Shown here: piece by piece, positions 28,330-35,093 of the stretch
How the letters are laid out: the number at the start of each line of letters is the position of its first letter
Numbering within the stretch: position 1 is the first letter of the stretch
Source: Sphingomonadaceae bacterium
GTDB lineage: Bacteria; Chloroflexota; UBA6077
Direction of reading: 5' to 3'
DNA length: 35,093 nucleotides
NCBI GenBank assembly: GCA_050261575.1
Contig: JBLNDL010000090.1
Location: 1-35,093, forward strand
Position numbers and translations under genes: made by a program
The notes under the pieces: generated by a model
Seen by the model: the letters and a program-made list of their open reading frames with translations, nothing else
The model's database searches: none
Told to the model about the DNA's origin: nothing

Positions 28330-29844
28330 ATGGAGATCGTCGCCAACGGAGAGAATCTCACCCCAGAGCAGGTGGTGGAGGTGGCCCGCGGTGTGGCCAG
28401 GGTTCGCCCCGTCCTCCAGCCCCGATTCCGTGCCTCGCGCGAGTTGGTGGAGACCAAGGCCCACGGCGACGATCCGGTGTACGGAATCAACACCGGCTTC
28501 GGCCAGCTCGCCACCATCCGCATTCCCATCCACGACGTGGCGGAGCTTCAGCGCAACCTGATCGTGAGTCACTCCGCCGGCGTGGGGGAGCCCGTCCCCA
28601 CCGAGCTGTGCCGGGCCATCCTGCTGCTGCGCCTCAACGCCCTGGCAAAGGGCTACTCCGGCGTGCGCGAGGAGCTGGTGGAGCTGCTGGCAGAGATGCT
28701 GAACCGCCGCGTGCACCCGATCATCCCCACGCGCGGATCGGTGGGAGCCAGCGGCGACCTGGCGCCCCTGGCACACCTCGCCCTCGTGATCCTGGGACAG
28801 GGCGAGGCCGAGTACGAAGGGAGGACCCTGCCGGGGGCAGAGGCCCTGGCGCGGGCCGGCCTGGCCCCCCTCCGGTTGGAGGCCAAGGAGGGGCTGGCCC
28901 TCATCAACGGCACCCAGTTCATGACGGCCTACGGGGTGCTCGCCCTCCACGACGCCGAGAGGCTGGTGGAAGCCGCCGAGATCGCCTGCGCGCTGAGCAT
29001 CGAGGCGTTCAAGGGCTCCATGCGTCCCTCGGACCCCCGACTCCACGCCGTGCGGCCCCATCCCGGCCAGATCGATGCCGCGGCGCACCTCCACCGGCTG
29101 CTGGAGGGCAGCCCCATCGTGGAGTCCCACCAGCACGACTGTCCCCGCGTGCAGGACCCCTACTCCCTCCGCTGCGCACCTCAGGTGTTCGGGGCAGTCA
29201 GGGAGGGGCTCGCCTTCTGCCGGCGCACCCTGGAGCGAGAGATCAACTCCGCCACCGACAACCCCCTCTGCTTCCCGGACGACGGGGAGGTGATCTCCGG
29301 CGGCAACTTCCACGGTCAGCCGATCGCCCTGGCGCTGGACGTGGCGAAGCTGGTGATGACCCAGCTCGGCAACTTCTCCGATCGCCGCAGCTACCGGCTG
29401 CTGAGCGCCCACTTCAGCGGCCTCTCCCCCTTCCTGGCGAAGAACCCAGGGTTGAACTCCGGCTACATGGTGGCCCAGTACACCGGCGCGGCCCTCTGCG
29501 CCGAGAACCAGACCCTGGCGGTGCCCGCCTCCCTCCACTCCATCCCCACCTCGGCGGGGATGGAGGACTTCAACTCCATGGGAGCCACCGCGGCGCTGCA
29601 CCTGCGGACCATCGTGGAGAACGTGCGCCGGATCGTGGCCGTGGAGCTGCTGTGCGCCGCACAGGGGGTGGAGGAGCACCGCCCACTCAACACCACCCCG
29701 GCCCTGGAGGCAGCCGTGGCCTGCATACGCCAGGTGGTGCCCCCGCTGGACTCCGACCGGCCGCTCTCGGGCGAGATCGAGGCGGTGGCCGAGCTGATCC
29801 GGACCGGGACCCTCCAGGAAGAGGTGGGCAAAGCCCTCACCTGA
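28330..29844 (+). CDS. hutH: Histidine ammonia-lyase (MIO-dependent)
   Basis: VYGINTGFG, LQRNLIVSHSAG (SH as in HALs), GSVGASGDLAPLAH (ASG), KEGLALINGT, QDPYSLRC, GGNFHGQ; GGAGG before ATG 28330. Confidence 0.9.
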   Translation: MEIVANGENLTPEQVVEVARGVARVRPVLQPRFRASRELVETKAHGDDPVYGINTGFGQLATIRIPIHDVAELQRNLIVSHSAGVGEPVPTELCRAILLLRLNALAKGYSGVREELVELLAEMLNRRVHPIIPTRGSVGASGDLAPLAHLALVILGQGEAEYEGRTLPGAEALARAGLAPLRLEAKEGLALINGTQFMTAYGVLALHDAERLVEAAEIACALSIEAFKGSMRPSDPRLHAVRPHPGQIDAAAHLHRLLEGSPIVESHQHDCPRVQDPYSLRCAPQVFGAVREGLAFCRRTLEREINSATDNPLCFPDDGEVISGGNFHGQPIALALDVAKLVMTQLGNFSDRRSYRLLSAHFSGLSPFLAKNPGLNSGYMVAQYTGAALCAENQTLAVPASLHSIPTSAGMEDFNSMGATAALHLRTIVENVRRIVAVELLCAAQGVEEHRPLNTTPALEAAVACIRQVVPPLDSDRPLSGEIEAVAELIRTGTLQEEVGKALT

Positions 29845-29947
29845 GTGGTCGCCGGAGGGGTAGACGTGACGCGAGTAGTACTATTGGGCTATTTACTAGA
29901 TGCTGGCGGACCGTAGACTTCCAGTCGGTAGGACTGTCTCTCTCGAT

Positions 29948-30050
29948 CTCCAGTCGAAAAGGGCAAACTCATCGAGAGATGGGGACGCAAAGCCATGGAT
30001 CCGAACCGGCCGTTCCGGCGCCAGGAGGATAGCCAGGTTGCCGCTGGGAG
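29948..30050 (+). ncRNA. Cyclic di-GMP-I (GEMM-I) riboswitch
   Basis: GGGCAAACTCATC-GAGA-GATGGGGACGCAAAGCCATGGATCC...GGATAGCCAGGTTGCCG matches the GEMM consensus (GGCAAA, GNRA loop, GACGCAAAGC, AGCC..GTTRCC); G at the G20-equivalent position. Confidence 0.9.
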
Positions 30051-30154
30051 AGCCGCTCCCGCAGCGCCGCTACCTGTGTTCTCCACTGTGGCGGGTCCAT
30101 GGGCATCCGGATAGCGATCTCCCACCCTCTCGACGGGCCACGAGGAGGTACACG

Positions 30155-30388
30155 ATGCGCAAGGCTACCCTTACCTTACTGGCGACTTTGGCTGTGGCGG
30201 TCATGCTGGCGCTGTCTACTGCGGTGGCGATGGCGGGCTGGGATTACGAGGGCGACTGCCCTCCGGCCTCGGCCAAGGCCAACCCCTCGGAGCAGGCTCT
30301 CGAGAACTGGCACTCCTTCGTGAACCCCACTCCCAACCTGCACGCGCTTCCAGAGGGGAATCCCGGCAAGAAGTACAAGATTCGGTAG
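30155..30388 (+). CDS. Small secreted protein (77 aa; about 27-aa signal peptide and 50-aa mature part)
   Basis: AGGAGG SD at 30143-30148; MRKATLTLLATLAVAVMLALSTAVAMA|GWDYEGDCPP...KKYKIR with A-x-A cleavage site. Confidence 0.75.
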   Translation: MRKATLTLLATLAVAVMLALSTAVAMAGWDYEGDCPPASAKANPSEQALENWHSFVNPTPNLHALPEGNPGKKYKIR

Positions 30389-30429
30389 GATCCCTGATCG
30401 GCGTTGCGGCTAACCACAGACAGATGCCC

Positions 30430-30468
30430 GGGTAGGAGCCGATACCGATCGGCTCCTACCCCTGTTCT
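30430..30468 (+). terminator. Strong hairpin after the small-protein gene (terminator or RNA-stabilising stem)
   Basis: GGGTAGGAGCCGAT-ACCG-ATCGGCTCCTACCC 14-bp perfect stem with weak CTGTTCT tail. Confidence 0.55.
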
Positions 30469-30709
30469 GGCGATTGGGCGCGTCGTTCCGCAGATTCGAT
30501 GGTGCAGGGCGCGCCTGCCCTGCTTCGGGGACGATGCATACGAGGGATCGACCTCTGGCCGATCGCGCCCATCCCTGCCGGAGGTTGTCTGGTTGTGTCG
30601 GTGGACGGAAGCCAGTCCACAGGGACCATTGCCACGCAGGGCCACCCTGGAGTAGTCTTCTGCCGACGATGATCCCCATCCTGCCGACACGCAACCAGGG
30701 AGCGATCCG

Positions 30710-31993
30710 TTGAGAAGGTTCTCACGCCCCGTCCAAGGGTACATCCTGGCGGTCATGGCGGGTGGGATGGTCGTGCTGGTTGGGGTCCGCCCGTGGCAAC
30801 TCGAGGCCACGGATCCCCTGCTCTTGGTGACCCTGACGGCTGCCGGCATCCTCGCGGGCATCTTCAGGCTCCCCATGGCGGAGCGCCACCTGCGCATCAG
30901 CCTGCACGGCGCGGTCCTGTTGATGGCCGTCTTCCTGTCTACCACCCCCGCCGCCTGCTTCGTCGCCGCCGTCACCTCCGCCGTCTCCGGCATCGGGCTG
31001 AAGCTGCGCCCCTGGAACATCCCCTTCTCCAGCAGCTCCAGCGTGCTCTCCGTCGCCCTCGCCAGCTCGCTCTACCGCGCCATGGCTGATCCATCCCTAC
31101 TGCCCTTCGACAGTTGGGAGAATGCCACCGCGCTGCTGGTGTCAGCCGCCGCGTACTGGCTGGTCAGCAGCGCCATGGTCACCGTGCTGGTGGCGGACAC
31201 CAACCACCAGCCGTTCCTGCGAACCTACGCGGTCAACTGGCGGGAGGTCTACCTCCAGTGCATCCTCCTGACACTGCTCGGCGTGCTCGGCGCCGCGGCC
31301 TGGCGCCAGGGGTCCACCTACGCCTTCCTGCTGGTCGTGCCGGCGGTGGCGGTCTACCAACTGCTGACCATCACCAGGTTCAAGCAGGAGCAGGTGATCC
31401 ACGCCATCGAGATCATCGCCGAGGTGCTGGATCGCAAGAACCCCTTCACCTTCCAGCACTCTCAACGGGTGGCGGAGCACACGGTGAAGCTGGCGAAGAG
31501 CCTAGGCCTTCGCGACGGGGCGGTGGGCGCACTGCGCAGGGCCGCCCTGATCCACGACATCGGGAAGCTGGGGCTGGACGATCCGGCGGGGGAGATCCCC
31601 GCCACGCGGGGGGAGCTGAGCGACTACCAGTTCTACAGTCTCAAACAGCACGCCCACCTGGGAGCGATGATCGCTCGCGAGATCCCCGCCTTCGAGGAGG
31701 CGGAGGAGCCGATACGCTACCACCACGACTGGTACGACGGCAGCCACGTCTCAGGCGAGCACGCGCGGGAGGAGATCCCCCTGGGCGCGCGGATCATCGC
31801 CGTTGCCGACGCCTACGACCTGCTGTGCATGGCCAACGGCGAGGCATCGCTCACCTACGACCCGAAGGCTGTGGAGCAGTTGCGCACGATGAGTGGCAGG
31901 CAACTGGACCCCGAGCTGCTGGATCGCTTCCTGGAGCTGCTGGAGTCGCACCAGGCGGCGAAGCTGCAGCCCGGCGGGCAGATGGCCACGTGA
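30710..31993 (+). CDS. Multi-TM membrane protein with C-terminal HD-GYP-like domain (GYP motif absent)
   Basis: Several hydrophobic segments, then HSQRVA, ALIHDIGKLG, HAHLGA, YHHDWYDGSHVSG, EEIPLGARIIAVADAYD, QLDPEL. Confidence 0.88.
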   Translation: MRRFSRPVQGYILAVMAGGMVVLVGVRPWQLEATDPLLLVTLTAAGILAGIFRLPMAERHLRISLHGAVLLMAVFLSTTPAACFVAAVTSAVSGIGLKLRPWNIPFSSSSSVLSVALASSLYRAMADPSLLPFDSWENATALLVSAAAYWLVSSAMVTVLVADTNHQPFLRTYAVNWREVYLQCILLTLLGVLGAAAWRQGSTYAFLLVVPAVAVYQLLTITRFKQEQVIHAIEIIAEVLDRKNPFTFQHSQRVAEHTVKLAKSLGLRDGAVGALRRAALIHDIGKLGLDDPAGEIPATRGELSDYQFYSLKQHAHLGAMIAREIPAFEEAEEPIRYHHDWYDGSHVSGEHAREEIPLGARIIAVADAYDLLCMANGEASLTYDPKAVEQLRTMSGRQLDPELLDRFLELLESHQAAKLQPGGQMAT

Positions 31994-32120
31994 GACCGGC
32001 CATCTGCCGACCTGCGTCACTCGTCCGCCCGGTTCCGTTGCAGGGGCCGCGGCCCCCACCGGTCTGCGCGGCGGCTCCTCCAGCAGCGGGGAGGGGCAGA
32101 ACCCGAAATGGTGCAAAGGC

Positions 32121-32129
32121 TGCTATAAT
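32121..32129 (+). promoter_or_regulatory. Extended -10 promoter of the S1-domain gene
   Basis: TGCTATAAT about 55 nt upstream of the TTG start. Confidence 0.6.
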
Positions 32130-32183
32130 ACTGTTTCCGTGACGGCTAGAAGCCCGCAGCAATCTCATTCAGGAGTCCGAGCC

Positions 32184-32885
32184 TTGGAAGACCTTCCCGA
32201 GAGGAGCACAACCCAACCCCAGGCCGAGGAGCAGCCTGCCGAGGTCAGCGCCGAAGCTGCCGGGCAGGCCGAGGGGTCTCCGTCCAACGGGCCGGAACCG
32301 GCAGAGAAGCCGACGGGGCCTGAGACACCACCCCTGGCCGAACCCCAAGCCGAAGATGAAAGCCCCGCCGAAGCCCCGAAATCCCCCGACGCACCCCCAG
32401 CGGCCCCGCCCCGTCCAGCCAAACCCGTCGGCCCACGGATGGCAGAGCTGCGTCCGGGTAGTGTGGTGGAAGGCAAGGTCACCCGCATAGAGCGGTACGG
32501 GGCCTTCGTCAACCTGGGCCTGGTCGAGAAGCGCGACGGCCTGATCCACATCTCGGAACTGGCACCCTACCGGATCCGGCGGGTGGAGGACGTGGTGCGC
32601 GTGGGAGACGAGGTGCGCGCCCGCGTGGTCTCGGTCGACCTCAGCAGGGGCAGGATCGCGCTCTCCCTGAACGACGTCGACACCGGGGAGTACAAAGCAG
32701 AGGCGGCCAGCACCTCCAACGAGCCGACCTTGACCGCCATGGCCATGGCGTTCGAGCGAGCCTACGGCCGGCTGAGAGAGAGGGAGGCCGAGGGAAAGCC
32801 CGGCTCCGCCCGCAACAACCAGGGAGACAAGAAGCGGCGCGAGCAAGAAATGCTTATGGAGAAGTTCCGCTCGTCAAACCCCTAA
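32184..32885 (+). CDS. Single S1 RNA-binding-domain protein with Pro/Glu-rich disordered N-terminus
   Basis: GSVVEGKVTRIERYGAFVNLG..DGLIHISELA..VRVGDEVRARVVSVD..RIALSL; AGGAG SD before TTG 32184. Confidence 0.88.
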   Translation: MEDLPERSTTQPQAEEQPAEVSAEAAGQAEGSPSNGPEPAEKPTGPETPPLAEPQAEDESPAEAPKSPDAPPAAPPRPAKPVGPRMAELRPGSVVEGKVTRIERYGAFVNLGLVEKRDGLIHISELAPYRIRRVEDVVRVGDEVRARVVSVDLSRGRIALSLNDVDTGEYKAEAASTSNEPTLTAMAMAFERAYGRLREREAEGKPGSARNNQGDKKRREQEMLMEKFRSSNP

Positions 32886-33027
32886 GCAGGTATCTCTAGT
32901 TCATGTTGGTTTCTCCAGCGGGAAACGTGTACTCTATGTGGAGATACCTGCCTGGACTGGTGTCTCCAGTCCGCGTCAGCTTCTCTGACCGGAAACGTGT
33001 ACTCTGGGGAGATGCCCGTTTAGTCCA
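32886..33027 (+). ncRNA. Candidate tandem structured cis-regulatory RNA (two units, 70-nt period), class unrecognised
   Basis: Identical GGAAACGTGTACTCT at 32921 and 32991; three stems per unit kept by compensatory or G-U changes. Confidence 0.6.
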
Positions 33028-33041
33028 CAAAGGAGACGAAG

Positions 33042-33941
33042 GTGCTCACTTCCGCCGACGTTAAGGGAGTTATCGCTGCCATCGTCACCCCCTTCGACGA
33101 GAACGGCCAGGTAAGCGCCCCTGGCATCGAGACTATCGTCGAGTACCTGGTATCCAACGGAGTCCACGCCATCATGACCACCGGGGGCACGGGAGAGTTC
33201 CCGATGCTCCTGAGGGAAGAGAGGAAGTACGTCACCCGCCTGGTCGCGGAGCAGGTGAACCACCGCATCCCAGTCATCGCCGGCACCGCCTCTTGCAGCA
33301 CACAGGAGACGCTCCTGCTGATGGAGGACGCCGCCGAGGCCGGGGCCGACGCAGCCATCGTCGTCGCACCCTACTACTTCAAGCTGCCCGAGGACTCCCT
33401 CTACGGTTACTACCTGGAACTGGCCGATCGCGGGGCACTGCCCGTCATCTTGTACAACAATCCGCTGTACACCGGCAACAACCTCTCCCCCACCACCATG
33501 GCGAAGCTGGCAGACCACCAGCGGATCATCGGCGTCAAGCAGTCCAACTCCAACATGGGGGAACTGGTGGAGCTGATCCGGCTGGCGGGCAGCAAGATGG
33601 CCGTCACCACGGGCATCGATAGCCAGTTCTTCCCCGCCCTCTGCGTGGGGGCGACCGGTATCTTCTCCACGGCGGCATCGGTGATACCGAAGCAGATGGT
33701 GGAGGTGTACGACCTCTTCGTGCGGGGCAAGCGAGAGGAGTCTCTAGAACTCCACATGAAGCTGCAACTGCTGAACCGCTTCCTGGAGTACGATCCCGGC
33801 TACGTCACCCCGGCCAAGGACGCCCTCACGATGATGGGCTATCCGGCCGGCCCGGTCCGCCAGCCTCAGCCCGAGCTCACCGACGAGCAGCGTCGCAGTC
33901 TGAGGGAGGCGCTGGTGGAGCTGGGACTGCTCAAAGCATAG
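33042..33941 (+). CDS. Dihydrodipicolinate synthase/N-acetylneuraminate lyase family class I aldolase (probably not true DapA)
   Basis: AIVTPF, TTGGTGEF, PVIAG, APYY, ILYNNP, Schiff-base Lys in GVKQS; AAGGAG SD before GTG. Confidence 0.9.
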   Translation: MLTSADVKGVIAAIVTPFDENGQVSAPGIETIVEYLVSNGVHAIMTTGGTGEFPMLLREERKYVTRLVAEQVNHRIPVIAGTASCSTQETLLLMEDAAEAGADAAIVVAPYYFKLPEDSLYGYYLELADRGALPVILYNNPLYTGNNLSPTTMAKLADHQRIIGVKQSNSNMGELVELIRLAGSKMAVTTGIDSQFFPALCVGATGIFSTAASVIPKQMVEVYDLFVRGKREESLELHMKLQLLNRFLEYDPGYVTPAKDALTMMGYPAGPVRQPQPELTDEQRRSLREALVELGLLKA

Positions 33942-34016
33942 ACCGACGACCAGCACCTTGCAGCCGCCCCCCGACCGCGGCACGGGGCAATAGACAGACC
34001 TACGAGAGAGGACGTT

Positions 34017-35063
34017 ATGACCGCAACGAGAGTCGTGGATCTCCGTAGCGACACCGTCACCCTGCCCACGGAGAAGATGCGCGTGGCGATGCAGCGGGCA
34101 GAGGTAGGGGATGCCCAGAAGGGCGAGGATGCCAGCGTCAACCGGCTGGAGGCAATGGCCGCCGCCAGGCTAGGAAAGGAGGCAGCGGTCTTCCTGCCCA
34201 GCGGAACCATGAGCAACCTGGTGGCCGTGATGTCCCACTGCCAGCGGGGCGACCGCGTCGTGGTGGGGCAGATCTCGCACGTCTACTCTCTAGAGGCCGA
34301 CGGCATGACCTCGGTGGCCGGGGTGATGCCGGTCACCGTGCCAGATTTCGACGGGGTTCCGGACCCCAGGGCCGTGGAAGCGGCCATCTTCCCGAGGACG
34401 TCCGGCCGGCCCCACACCTCCCTGATCTTGCTCGAGAACACCCACAATCGGGCCTGCGGCGCCGTGGTGACACCGGCCGAGATCGGCGCGGTGGCCGAGG
34501 TGGCCAGGCGATACGACGTCCCGATCCACGTGGACGGCGCCCGCATCTTCAACGCCGCCGTGGCCCTGAAGGTGGACGTGAAGGATCTGGTCCGAGAGGT
34601 TGACTCCGTCTGCTTCTGCCTCTCCAAGGGGCTGTGTGCCCCCGTCGGCTCCATCCTCGCGGGCTCCGCGGAGTTCATCAAGAGGGCCCGCTTCTGGCAG
34701 AAGGTGCTGGGCGGCGCCATGAGACAGGCAGGCCACATGGCCGCAGCCGGCATCGTGGCCCTGGAGGAGATGGTCGACCGGTTGGAGGAGGACCACCAGA
34801 ACGCCCGCTATCTGGCCGAGATGCTCGCTGGTCTGCCCGTGGTGAAGGTGAACCCCGCCCGTGTGGAGAGCAACATCATCGTCTTCGACGTGGACCACGA
34901 GAGGATGTCCAACGCCGAGTTCGTCCAGGCGGTCGCAGCACGCGGGGTGCTGGTCTCCACATCCGGCAAGGACCGCCTCCGGATGGTGACCCACCACGGT
35001 ATCGGCCGCGAAGAGGTGGAGTTTGCCGCTCGCGCCATCAAGGAAGCCGTCAGCGCGGCCTGA
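34017..35063 (+). CDS. ltaE: Low-specificity L-threonine aldolase
   Basis: DLRSDTVTLPT, FLPSGTMSN, LENTHN, HVDGARIFNAA, CLSKGLCAPVGS (PLP Lys), GGAMRQAG. Confidence 0.92.
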   Translation: MTATRVVDLRSDTVTLPTEKMRVAMQRAEVGDAQKGEDASVNRLEAMAAARLGKEAAVFLPSGTMSNLVAVMSHCQRGDRVVVGQISHVYSLEADGMTSVAGVMPVTVPDFDGVPDPRAVEAAIFPRTSGRPHTSLILLENTHNRACGAVVTPAEIGAVAEVARRYDVPIHVDGARIFNAAVALKVDVKDLVREVDSVCFCLSKGLCAPVGSILAGSAEFIKRARFWQKVLGGAMRQAGHMAAAGIVALEEMVDRLEEDHQNARYLAEMLAGLPVVKVNPARVESNIIVFDVDHERMSNAEFVQAVAARGVLVSTSGKDRLRMVTHHGIGREEVEFAARAIKEAVSAA

Positions 35064-35093
35064 TCTGGTGGTGTGAGCGGTCCGGACCGCTCA

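Noticed and set aside
28330..29844. Tyrosine or phenylalanine ammonia-lyase assignment
   Set aside because: The specificity loop reads SH (HAL type), not HL (TAL) or FL (PAL).
29948..30050. c-AMP-GMP-sensing (GEMM-Ib) variant
   Set aside because: The specificity position reads G (GGGCAAA), not A, which favours c-di-GMP.
29900..30154. N-terminal extension of the 162-aa track ORF
   Set aside because: It runs through the riboswitch; SD and signal peptide place the start at 30155.
32886..33027. CRISPR array or tandem glycine riboswitch reading of the 70-nt repeats
   Set aside because: Only two units, the intervening sequences are homologous rather than unique spacers, and no cas genes are present; the CCGAAG and CTCTCAGG glycine signatures are absent.

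Overview
GC-rich bacterial chromosomal window; gene content suggests Chloroflexota (inference). No rRNA, tRNA, CRISPR array, transposase or integrase was recognised. Left to right: a partial RND/AcrB pump; a divergent envelope-stress region (small membrane ORF, PspC-domain and LiaF-like genes) with TACGAC-N4-GTCGTA boxes; a Tat-exported solute-binding lipoprotein coupled to a dCache-HAMP-GAF-GAF histidine kinase, a NarL-type regulator and yjbQ; treZ plus glycogen debranching enzyme; a 7TM hybrid kinase coupled to an enolase-superfamily enzyme; an AbrB-Doc toxin-antitoxin pair whose toxin has Gln at the catalytic His; a 2-hydroxyacid dehydrogenase; a lipoprotein; a TetR-headed ubiD-ubiA(mqnP)-ubiX-ABC-ubiE(menG) operon carrying many repeat elements; hutH; a c-di-GMP-I riboswitch ahead of a small secreted protein and a membrane HD protein lacking the GYP motif; an S1-domain protein; and a DapA-family gene plus ltaE. 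The most striking unexplained signal is a tandem, 70-nt-period, covarying structured RNA candidate (32886-33027) directly upstream of the DapA-family/ltaE genes.
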